Below, one piece after another: positions 19,094-27,701 of a DNA stretch of 64,000 bases. Source of the DNA: a virus. The notes under the pieces were generated by a model that worked only from the letters and a program-made list of their open reading frames with translations, had not been told where the DNA came from and did not search any database. A program made the translations under genes and the position numbers. Position 1 is the first letter of the stretch; each line of letters opens with the position of its first letter. The DNA is taken from IMG/VR virus record IMGVR_UViG_3300042309_002320, positions 1 to 64,000 of that record. One strand, given 5' to 3'.

Positions 19094-19472
19094 GAATTTT
19101 ATATTTAGTCCCAGTGCTCATACGTCTAATAATTCTCAATCCAATAAATATTTTTATTGTCATGCTAATCATGCAGAATTCGTGGATAATGAAGGAAATG
19201 GTAGAACGCATGAAGAAAATACCAAAACGCTTGCCAAGATTATAGAAAAAAATAATCATATGTCTTATCATATTAAAGTATCTAATAATAATCAGTTATT
19301 CAATCCTCTATCAAAGTTTGATACTGAAAAAAGCTATAGTTTTTTGGATAATGTTGTTAGACCAACAGACAAGTTTATTTCTGTTAATAGTCTTGTATTC
19401 TCATATTACTTAAAATTTTTATCAACAGGCAACAACGCTTGGCTCAATAGAGCAGAAAGGGAAAGATTATAA
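19086..19472 (+). CDS. Hypothetical protein (paralog of 17955-18362)
   Basis: ATG 19086 after AAGGA; aligns by eye with 17955-18362. Confidence 0.7.
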   Translation: MDKNFIFSPSAHTSNNSQSNKYFYCHANHAEFVDNEGNGRTHEENTKTLAKIIEKNNHMSYHIKVSNNNQLFNPLSKFDTEKSYSFLDNVVRPTDKFISVNSLVFSYYLKFLSTGNNAWLNRAERERL

Positions 19473-19780
19473 TGAGTAAATTATCAAAAAGTAGTATCTA
19501 TGCTATTAAATATTTATTTAGTCAAGGATTGAATGCTGAACAGATATCATCGGAGATCAACCTGTCTGTCGATAATATTCAAAGTATTATAGAATCAGAA
19601 AATTTAATTAAACAACCTCCAACAGCTAAAGACCTTATGATAAACCAAACAGCTGTTAAAAGAACAAATAGTGTCGCTATTATGACCAAGGAAGCTTCTA
19701 TGATGAATGATCATGATAGAATCAAATTTGCATCTCAAAAAAGTTCCACAGAGCACATATTTAGACCATTTAGTAAATGA
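19472..19780 (+). CDS. Hypothetical protein with possible N-terminal HTH
   Basis: LFSQGLNAEQISSEINLSVDNIQSII is HTH-like. Confidence 0.55.
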   Translation: MSKLSKSSIYAIKYLFSQGLNAEQISSEINLSVDNIQSIIESENLIKQPPTAKDLMINQTAVKRTNSVAIMTKEASMMNDHDRIKFASQKSSTEHIFRPFSK

Positions 19781-20196
19781 AATTCATATCTCGTTATTCT
19801 AATAATAAAGAAGTGTCTGCCGCTCAATATATCGTAGAACTAATCTGTGAAAAAAAAGCAAAATTTGACAAAAAGGATTTACATTATAGATTTTGGGTTA
19901 ACAAGGAATGGTCTGCATACTATAGAAATCAAATAGCAACAGCAAACAAATTGGTAAAAAAGTATAATCCTTTGGCTATAGTCAAGGCTTTACAAGATGA
20001 TAAAACAGCAAATACATATTCGTTGCGAGCGCCTTTTCTTATTCCTATAATAGAACACTACGAGAAACTTATAGATTCACAGAATAAAGATTTTTCCAAA
20101 ACTATAGATAGATCTTTGAATAAAAAACACAAAACAAACATTAGTAAAACCAAAAATATACTTTCAATTTTAGAGGACATAGACAATGAGTCTTAA
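19777..20196 (+). CDS. Hypothetical protein
   Basis: Translationally coupled ORF immediately upstream of recA. Confidence 0.65.
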   Translation: MKFISRYSNNKEVSAAQYIVELICEKKAKFDKKDLHYRFWVNKEWSAYYRNQIATANKLVKKYNPLAIVKALQDDKTANTYSLRAPFLIPIIEHYEKLIDSQNKDFSKTIDRSLNKKHKTNISKTKNILSILEDIDNES

Positions 20197-21199
20197 AGAA
20201 GATATAATAAAAAATTTTGGAGATGATATTATACTATCCGGTAACTCGCTAGTAGAAAAAAAGATACTGACTATCCCAATTAGTCCAGCCCTAGATATAG
20301 TTCTAGGTGGCGGTATACCGGAAGGTAGTTTCGTAATATTTACTGGACAACCAAAATGTGGAAAAACGTTATCTTCGTTGGATTTTGCTACCACAGCACA
20401 AAAACCAGAATATCAAGGAGATCTAAAGAGTCCTAGAGAAGTGTACTATCTAAACATCGAAGGTAGATTAAAACAAAGAGATCTATTAGGTATCAAAGGA
20501 TTGGACTTAACTCGATTTCATATCATAGGATCTCAACAAGGAAAAATTTTACACGCTGAAGAATATTTACAAATAGCTGAGAGAATCATCAATGAGATTC
20601 CCGGGTCGATAGTTATCATAGATTCCTATTCTGCATTATGTACAGAAGCAGAAATTACTAGCGATATGGATAAAATGCAAAGAGCAGACGGAGCAAAACT
20701 ATTAGCTAAATTCTGTAGAAAAGTTTCTAACGTTATTCCTGTTAATAAAAATATCGTAATTGGTATTACTCATTTAATGGGCAACCCAACAGGATATGGA
20801 GCGGAATTTAAGGAGAAAAGCGGACAAGGTATCGCCTATCAAACCGATATTAAATTACGAGCAAAAAGTTCTAAACCATGGTCTTTAGGAGCAGATGATA
20901 CACAGATAGGTCAAGAGGTTGAGTGGCAAGTTATTTGTTCTGCTCTTGGGCCTCCAGGTGGAGTAGCAAAAAGCTTTATCCGATATAACGAAGGCATAGA
21001 TAAACTCACGGAGCTTGTTAATTTGGCCTCAGACGTCGGAGTTATAAATAAAGGCGGGGCATGGTATACAGTTAAAACAGCCAAAGAAAACCATAAATTT
21101 CAGGGAGCAGAAAAAGTACGACTATTTCTAATGGAAAATCCGGATATTGCTAAAGAAGTTGAAAGTTCTATTAAAAGTATATTAGGTATCACAAAGTGA
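20186..21199 (+). CDS. recA: RecA/UvsX-like recombinase
   Basis: LDIVLGGGIP, Walker A GQPKCGKT, Walker B IIDS, KGGAWY and FQG.EK motifs. Confidence 0.9.
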   Translation: MSLKEDIIKNFGDDIILSGNSLVEKKILTIPISPALDIVLGGGIPEGSFVIFTGQPKCGKTLSSLDFATTAQKPEYQGDLKSPREVYYLNIEGRLKQRDLLGIKGLDLTRFHIIGSQQGKILHAEEYLQIAERIINEIPGSIVIIDSYSALCTEAEITSDMDKMQRADGAKLLAKFCRKVSNVIPVNKNIVIGITHLMGNPTGYGAEFKEKSGQGIAYQTDIKLRAKSSKPWSLGADDTQIGQEVEWQVICSALGPPGGVAKSFIRYNEGIDKLTELVNLASDVGVINKGGAWYTVKTAKENHKFQGAEKVRLFLMENPDIAKEVESSIKSILGITK

Positions 21200-21609
21200 T
21201 GGATGTTGTGAATTTAGATGGCGATATAGTATCTTGGCACTTGACTGGACACATCGCCAAAGGTAGAATAGCACATAAGTCGTCGTATCATCTACTTGCC
21301 AGGGGTCTATTGATAGACTTATTTCCTACACTACAAATTCTTGAAGAAGTATCAATACCCTTAAAAAGAAATGAAACCTTATATTTGGATTTTTATATAC
21401 CGTTATCAAAATTATGTATCGAAGTTCATGGTGAACAACACTATAAATTTATACCATTCTATCACGGAAATATAATGAGTTTTTTGAAAGCTCAAAAAAA
21501 AGATAGAGAAAAAAAGGAATGGTGCGACAATAATAATATTCGTTATATAGAATTGCCTTATAATGAAAATCAAGAGCAATGGATAAATAGAATAAATCAT
21601 GAACAATAA
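21196..21609 (+). CDS. DUF559/Vsr-like PD-(D/E)XK endonuclease
   Basis: LDFYIP...IEVHGEQH...D..KKEWC..I.YIEL. Confidence 0.75.
   Translation: MMDVVNLDGDIVSWHLTGHIAKGRIAHKSSYHLLARGLLIDLFPTLQILEEVSIPLKRNETLYLDFYIPLSKLCIEVHGEQHYKFIPFYHGNIMSFLKAQKKDREKKEWCDNNNIRYIELPYNENQEQWINRINHEQ
21241..21269 (+). promoter_or_regulatory. Internal sigma70-like promoter candidate
   Basis: TTGACT-N17-TAGAAT inside the nuclease gene, upstream of the helicase/primase block. Confidence 0.4.
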
Positions 21610-22090
21610 AACATCAAAAGAAGAATTACAATATTGGGATAAGATATTAGATGAGTATGAAACATCTATTGGATTATCGGAATATTCTGCATCCGTAATA
21701 TCTTCACAAGAGATCAATACCTATACATCAATGAGTAGAGATGAAATAGAGAAGCTTAATCCTGAAGATTGTGCTCAAATATCTTATAGACTATCTCAAT
21801 TTGCTTTTTATTTACAGCGTAGTTTAAATAGAGAACTTGCTAGATATAATTGGGCAGAAGAAAGTATCAAAGAAGTGATTGCTGACGAAATAAATAACTA
21901 TAAAGGATATGGATATATAGAGAAATCTATACAAGCTATAAAACATAACGAAAAAGCCACAGGACTTAATAGTATTAGAAAATACGCAAAACAACGTAGT
22001 GATAGATTACAATACTTAGCCAATAGTATAAAAAATCTATCTGATATTATGTTATCTATTCAAAAGAGTAAAACTAAACATGGATCCTAA
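21599..22090 (+). CDS. Helical protein, possibly a UvsY-like recombination mediator
   Basis: All-helical coiled-coil character near recA; function inferred from context only. Confidence 0.45.
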   Translation: MNNKTSKEELQYWDKILDEYETSIGLSEYSASVISSQEINTYTSMSRDEIEKLNPEDCAQISYRLSQFAFYLQRSLNRELARYNWAEESIKEVIADEINNYKGYGYIEKSIQAIKHNEKATGLNSIRKYAKQRSDRLQYLANSIKNLSDIMLSIQKSKTKHGS

Positions 22091-22511
22091 AGACTTATTA
22101 AATAATCCTGATCAGATAAAAAATCTAATTTCTTTATTACAAGCTATGCTGCCTAACGAAGAAAAACAAGAACAAAAACCAACTAAAGCAAAATCAAAAA
22201 GTAAAAAAGAGACGGAAGCTTCAACAGAAGAGCCTTCTTTCAATAGTAAAATTAAAACGAAGAATAAAAGGACATCGCAAGTGTCCTCTGTTAATAAATT
22301 TGAAAAAATGATGGAATTCAATATGCATAAAGATGATAAGCTAATAGATGAAAAATTAGCAAAACATCCGCCGGTTGCACGAACAAGAGAATACGAACCA
22401 ATATCTGTGAAGTGCAGAGTTTGTGGAAAAACAGAGAATATAAATCCAGCTCTTGTGCATGACAGTCCTTCGCGCTATAAATGTAATAACTGTTCGACAA
22501 ACGCTGGGTGA
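22080..22511 (+). CDS. Hypothetical protein with C-terminal zinc ribbon
   Basis: CRVCG...CNNC. Confidence 0.65.
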   Translation: MDPKDLLNNPDQIKNLISLLQAMLPNEEKQEQKPTKAKSKSKKETEASTEEPSFNSKIKTKNKRTSQVSSVNKFEKMMEFNMHKDDKLIDEKLAKHPPVARTREYEPISVKCRVCGKTENINPALVHDSPSRYKCNNCSTNAG

Positions 22512-22517
22512 GATGAA

Positions 22518-23984
22518 ATGATACTTTGTGATCCTGCCGCAGAGAGAGCGGTATTGTCTGGTATATGTAAATATGGTGAAAATGCATATTTAGATATTGC
22601 CGATATTGTACAGCCATCGACATTTACTGTTGATAGTAATGCTATGATTTTTCAGGTTATAAAAGAAATCTGTGAGAAAGATCATAGTCCATCTATAGAT
22701 ATAGCATCGATATTATCAACTTCCCAATCATTAAATTTTAGTCATATTCTATCTCAAAAGAATGAGACACAACATTTAAAAGCTATTATTGATTTTCCTG
22801 TTAATCTTGAAAACGTGAGAAAGTTTGCTGCAAAAATACGCAAACTACAAATCGCTAGACTTTTAAGGGAACAACTGGAAAATGCTAAAGAAAAATTACT
22901 AGATATTAGTGGCAATGAGCCAATATCATCTATTATAGGACTAGCAGAAGATAGTATATTTAACTTTTCAACTCTATTAAATGATACAGATAATAATCCT
23001 GTTTGTGTTGCTAATATAGTCGATGATTATATCAATAATATTAAAGAAAATCCAATCGATCAAGTCGGTATATCGACAGGGTTTCACGTTTATGATAACG
23101 CTATAGGGGGTGGTTTACGAAAAGGATCCGTTAGTATCATAGCAGCAAGACCAAAAACCGGTAAAACGCTTCTGGCAGATAATATAGGGTTACACATAGC
23201 TAAGAATGTAAAAATTCCTGTATTGAATATGGATACAGAAATGAGTACTGATGATCATTTAAATAGATTATTGGCTATGATGACAGAAATAGAAATTAAT
23301 GATATAGAAACTGGGAAAGCTTTTGAATCACCGGATAAGAATACCAGATTAGTTGGTGCTCAACAAGAATTAAAAAACGCTAAACTTTACTATAAATCAA
23401 TAGCTGGTAAACCATTTGAAGAGCAATTGGCTATAATGAGACGATGGTTAGTAAAGGAGGTTGGATTGCATCCAGACGGCACAGCAAAAGATTGTGTTAT
23501 AGTTTACGATTATCTAAAACTTATGGATAGTCAAGGAATTAGTCAAGATCTTAAAGAATACCAAGTTCTAGGCTTTATGATGACTAGTTTGCATAATTTT
23601 GCTGTCAGATATAAAGTTCCGATTCTTGGATTTATTCAATTAAATAGAGATGGAATAACAAAAGAAACAACAGATACTGCTAGCGGATCAGATAGAATTA
23701 TATGGCTATGTAGTAATTTTACAATCTTCAAAAGAAAAAGCGATGAAGAAATTGCAGAAGATGGCCCAAATAATGGTAATAGAAAACTTGTTCCTATTAT
23801 TAGTAGACATGGTGGTGGTTTAGATGATAATGATTATATTAATTGTCATATGAAGGGCTGGTGCGCAAAAATTGAAGAAGGTAAGACTAGATTGGAATTA
23901 GTAAATAATAATACTAACACAGATAAAGGATTTATTGTTAATGACGAGAACAATGATGACGATCAAGAAATCCCGTTCATATAA
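22518..23984 (+). CDS. dnaB: DnaB-like replicative helicase
   Basis: AERAVL N-domain, ARPKTGKT, DTEM, VYDYLKLM, QLNR and SRHG motifs. Confidence 0.93.
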   Translation: MILCDPAAERAVLSGICKYGENAYLDIADIVQPSTFTVDSNAMIFQVIKEICEKDHSPSIDIASILSTSQSLNFSHILSQKNETQHLKAIIDFPVNLENVRKFAAKIRKLQIARLLREQLENAKEKLLDISGNEPISSIIGLAEDSIFNFSTLLNDTDNNPVCVANIVDDYINNIKENPIDQVGISTGFHVYDNAIGGGLRKGSVSIIAARPKTGKTLLADNIGLHIAKNVKIPVLNMDTEMSTDDHLNRLLAMMTEIEINDIETGKAFESPDKNTRLVGAQQELKNAKLYYKSIAGKPFEEQLAIMRRWLVKEVGLHPDGTAKDCVIVYDYLKLMDSQGISQDLKEYQVLGFMMTSLHNFAVRYKVPILGFIQLNRDGITKETTDTASGSDRIIWLCSNFTIFKRKSDEEIAEDGPNNGNRKLVPIISRHGGGLDDNDYINCHMKGWCAKIEEGKTRLELVNNNTNTDKGFIVNDENNDDDQEIPFI

Positions 23985-25110
23985 TCAGCAACAACTAAAA
24001 GTATTGTCCGATTATTTATGCGAAGATATAGATAATCTATTAGATAGTCTAAATATCACAGACTATAAAATATTTGATCGTATGATTGCCATGAGATGTC
24101 CTATACACGGAGGAGATAACAACTCTGCGTGTAACTTATATTATAAAGGGGACTCATACAGGGGAAACTGGAAGTGTCGTACTCATCAATGCGAAGAAAC
24201 ATTCAAAGGATCTATCATTGGTTTTATTAGAGGCTGTTTGTCTAAACAAAATGGATGGACAGGACCAGGAGATTCGACAGTATCTTTTAATGATGCTGTT
24301 GAATATGCAATAAAGTTTAGTAAGAAAAATCCTGATAATATTAAAGTCAATAAAAAAGAGGTTGAAAAAAATAATTTTGTTAATGTTATCAATCATATAC
24401 AGTCTGATATAAGACTAAAAGATGAATCACCAAAGGTGTCAAGAGCCACTATTATTAAAAATCTAGATATTCCATCACAATACTTTTTGGATAGAGGATT
24501 TTCAAGAGATATATTAATCAAATATGATGTTGGAGAATGCACCAGTCGTGAAAAAGAAATGTTCCAAAGGGCAGTTGTTCCTGTTTATGACGATTCTCAC
24601 TCACATATGGTAGGATGTTCTGGAAGAAGTCTGTTCGACTCCTGCGAAAAATGTAAGGGCTATCATAGTTTAGACGCATTATGTCCAAAAGATGACTATT
24701 TATGGCAATACTCTAAATGGAAGCATAATAAGGGATTTAAGACTCAAGAATATCTATATAATTTATGGTATGCGAAAGACTATATACAACAAAGTAAAAG
24801 TATAATTCTTGTAGAAAGTCCCGGCAATGTATGGAGACTTGAAGAGGCAGGAATACATAATAGCGTAGCCCTATTCGGATCTGTGCTACAAGACAAACAA
24901 AAACTATTATTGGATATATCCGGGGCTATGAGTATATATATGTTAATGGATAATGATGAAGCTGGCAAAAAAGCATCAGAAAAAATTTATGATAAATGTT
25001 CGAAAACATATAATGTCTATAAAATAGATATTGATCATCCTGATGTTGCCGAGATGACCGTCTCAGAAGTAAAAGAAATTATTTCACCACAAATACGAGA
25101 TAAGTACTAA
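23953..25110 (+). CDS. dnaG: DnaG-like DNA primase
   Basis: CPIH...WKC..H.C zinc finger; Toprim VESPGNV and DNDEAG motifs. Start could be 23941 or 23953. Confidence 0.88.
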   Translation: MMTIKKSRSYNQQQLKVLSDYLCEDIDNLLDSLNITDYKIFDRMIAMRCPIHGGDNNSACNLYYKGDSYRGNWKCRTHQCEETFKGSIIGFIRGCLSKQNGWTGPGDSTVSFNDAVEYAIKFSKKNPDNIKVNKKEVEKNNFVNVINHIQSDIRLKDESPKVSRATIIKNLDIPSQYFLDRGFSRDILIKYDVGECTSREKEMFQRAVVPVYDDSHSHMVGCSGRSLFDSCEKCKGYHSLDALCPKDDYLWQYSKWKHNKGFKTQEYLYNLWYAKDYIQQSKSIILVESPGNVWRLEEAGIHNSVALFGSVLQDKQKLLLDISGAMSIYMLMDNDEAGKKASEKIYDKCSKTYNVYKIDIDHPDVAEMTVSEVKEIISPQIRDKY

Positions 25111-25703
25111 TGAATACCAAAATTATAGCATTTTCTGGACGTAAACAGTCTGGCAAAACTATTTGTTCAGAATTTTTAAAAGGATTATTATTATCTAATG
25201 GATATTCTGATGTTGAAATATATAACTTTGCAGACCCATTGAAAGAAGACATATGCATGAACATGTTTGGATTATCATATGCTCAGTGTTATGGCGAAGA
25301 TCATAATAAGAATGAACTAGTTGATGCCTATTGGGAAGATAAGCAACTAACAGCACGAGATTTAATGCAATTAATAGGCACGGACTTATTTAGAAAATTA
25401 AATAATAATATTTGGGTAAATGCTCTTATCAATAAAATTAAAAAGAGTAAACTTCAAGTTGTTATAGTTTCTGATTGTAGATTTCCTAATGAAATAGAAG
25501 CTATAAAAAATAATGGAGGAATAGTATTTCGACTAAATAGAAATCCACACAAATCAGAACATATTAGCGAATCAATATTGGATGCTTGCAGATATGATTG
25601 GAATAATTTTAATGCTATCATTAATAATGAACATATGACAGTTAGAGAGCAATATGATAAACTTAAAAAACTTATGTTACATTTTAATGTACTACCACAA
25701 TAA
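25110..25703 (+). CDS. Deoxynucleoside monophosphate kinase
   Basis: GRKQSGKT, FADPLK, R..MQ..GTD and DCRFPNE motifs. Confidence 0.9.
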   Translation: MNTKIIAFSGRKQSGKTICSEFLKGLLLSNGYSDVEIYNFADPLKEDICMNMFGLSYAQCYGEDHNKNELVDAYWEDKQLTARDLMQLIGTDLFRKLNNNIWVNALINKIKKSKLQVVIVSDCRFPNEIEAIKNNGGIVFRLNRNPHKSEHISESILDACRYDWNNFNAIINNEHMTVREQYDKLKKLMLHFNVLPQ

Positions 25704-25712
25704 TAGGATATC

Positions 25713-27701
25713 ATGATTATAACTTATTTCCGTAGTTCGTCTTATAATGCCCATTCTATGTGCGAACAACAATATTTTTTTGAATATGTACTAGGATGGA
25801 GGGGCCCAAGTGGACAAAAGGCGGATAAAGGAACAATAGTCCATAAAGTTTTAGAAATTCTTGCCATGATCAAACAAGGTCAGCAAGATAAATTATCTCA
25901 TATAAATGATGACGAATTCTTAGGTCTTATAGATATAAATGACTATAGTCTTAATACCATAATAGAAAAAGTATACAAGCATTATAGTACCGCTAATAGT
26001 CATCATACTTGGACTCTAAAAGATTATAAGGACTGCTATAATTGGGTTTACAAGGCTATAGAATTTAATGGCGGTATGTTTGATCCTAGAAATCGCACCA
26101 TTCTTAGACCAGAACAACACTTTGATTTGGTAATAGAAAAACCATGGGCTAAATACGAGTATAATATTAATAATCAAAAACTAGATGGATATTTGGGCTT
26201 AAAAGGCACTATAGATCTTATAACTTTGGCTAATGATAATACTATTGAGGTCATAGATTGGAAAGGATTGCCATTAGATACAAAATTACCTACTCTTGAC
26301 GGATGGACAACAATTGCAGATATAAATGTGGGATGTAATGTCTTTGATCAATACGGTAATATATGTCGCGTTGTTGGAAAATCAAAAGTCAAAACAAAAA
26401 AATGTTTCAGAGTAACTTTTGATGACAAAACATCGGTAATTTGTGACGATGAGCATTTATGGAAATTATCTAATGGTGAAACGGTATCTATACAGGATCT
26501 AGTTATTGGCGATACTATTAATGTGACAAAACCATTAAAATGTAATGAACAATCCCTACCAATAGATCCTTATCTATTAGGAGTCTGGTTAGGAGACGGA
26601 AGAAATAGAGGCTGCGAGATTAGTGGCAATGATACTGAAATTTTTGAAGAAATACAAGCAAGAGGTTATGAGCTAGGAAAAATTCAAAATGATAAAAGAT
26701 CAAAAAATAAGACAGTATCGATCCTAAATGTGACAAAAATACTAAAATCTTTAAATCTATTGAATAATAAACATATACCAAAAATTTATTTGAGAGCATC
26801 TTTTCAACAAAGGCTAGACTTACTAAGGGGTTTGATGGATACAGACGGAAATGTAAATCCAATTAGAAAACAAACTGTGTTTACTTCTTGTAATAAAAAA
26901 CTATCCGACGATGTTAAAGACCTACTTTTAACCCTTGGGCAAAGACCGAATCAAGCGTGTATTAAAAGAGATACAAATTACAAAAAAAACGTAATCATAT
27001 ATCCTATTTCGTTTCGTCCAATTGACATTAATCCTTTTCTATTGAGCAGGAAAAAAGAACTTGTGGATGTAAATTGGGGATCTGGAAGATCTAGGGTTAG
27101 ACGAGTTTCTAAAATAGAAGAATCGATTATACAAAAAACTCAATGCATTTCCGTAGACAGTCCAGACAATACTTATCTGTGTACAGAAAATTATATTCCA
27201 ACACATAATACTGGACGAAGACTAGATTGGGCAACAGGACAAGAAAAAACACAAGAAAAATTAGAAAAAGATCCTCAACTCAAAATCTATCATTATGCTA
27301 TTAAAAAACTGTATCCTCATATAGAGAATGTTATTTTTTCCATATATTTTATTAATGATGGTGGTCCTTTTTCTATGGTTTTTCATGATAGCGATCTTGC
27401 CGATACTGAAAATATGTTACGTCAAAAATTTGAAATCATTAAACAAACTAAACGACCACGATTGAATAAAAGTTGGATGTGTAATAAATTATGTCATTTT
27501 GGTAAGACTACATTTGCTAATACTAATATTGAGCCATTGAAAGAGTATAGGGATGGACAAATATGTCAAAAAGATTCGATCATGACAAAATGTGAACAAG
27601 TGAAGCACGACCTTGAACTTTACGGGATCGATGCTACAATGAGTATGTACAAGCACCCGAATCATTCTTTTGGATCCTACAAAGCACCCGGAACCGTATG
27701 A
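25713..27701 (+). CDS. Cas4/RecB-like PD-(D/E)XK exonuclease containing an intein
   Basis: GTIVH, GTIDL, IDWK|TG and QL.IY motifs; one N-terminal Cys plus a C-terminal Cys cluster (Fe-S type). About 347 aa after splicing. Confidence 0.85.
   Translation: MIITYFRSSSYNAHSMCEQQYFFEYVLGWRGPSGQKADKGTIVHKVLEILAMIKQGQQDKLSHINDDEFLGLIDINDYSLNTIIEKVYKHYSTANSHHTWTLKDYKDCYNWVYKAIEFNGGMFDPRNRTILRPEQHFDLVIEKPWAKYEYNINNQKLDGYLGLKGTIDLITLANDNTIEVIDWKGLPLDTKLPTLDGWTTIADINVGCNVFDQYGNICRVVGKSKVKTKKCFRVTFDDKTSVICDDEHLWKLSNGETVSIQDLVIGDTINVTKPLKCNEQSLPIDPYLLGVWLGDGRNRGCEISGNDTEIFEEIQARGYELGKIQNDKRSKNKTVSILNVTKILKSLNLLNNKHIPKIYLRASFQQRLDLLRGLMDTDGNVNPIRKQTVFTSCNKKLSDDVKDLLLTLGQRPNQACIKRDTNYKKNVIIYPISFRPIDINPFLLSRKKELVDVNWGSGRSRVRRVSKIEESIIQKTQCISVDSPDNTYLCTENYIPTHNTGRRLDWATGQEKTQEKLEKDPQLKIYHYAIKKLYPHIENVIFSIYFINDGGPFSMVFHDSDLADTENMLRQKFEIIKQTKRPRLNKSWMCNKLCHFGKTTFANTNIEPLKEYRDGQICQKDSIMTKCEQVKHDLELYGIDATMSMYKHPNHSFGSYKAPGTV
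26265..27209 (+). mobile_element. Class 3-type intein (315 aa) with LAGLIDADG homing endonuclease
   Basis: Starts GLPLDTKLPT and ends THN before +1 Thr; block B EHLW, block F QCISVD; LAGLIDADG motifs LLGVWLGDG and LRGLMDTDG. Confidence 0.9.
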
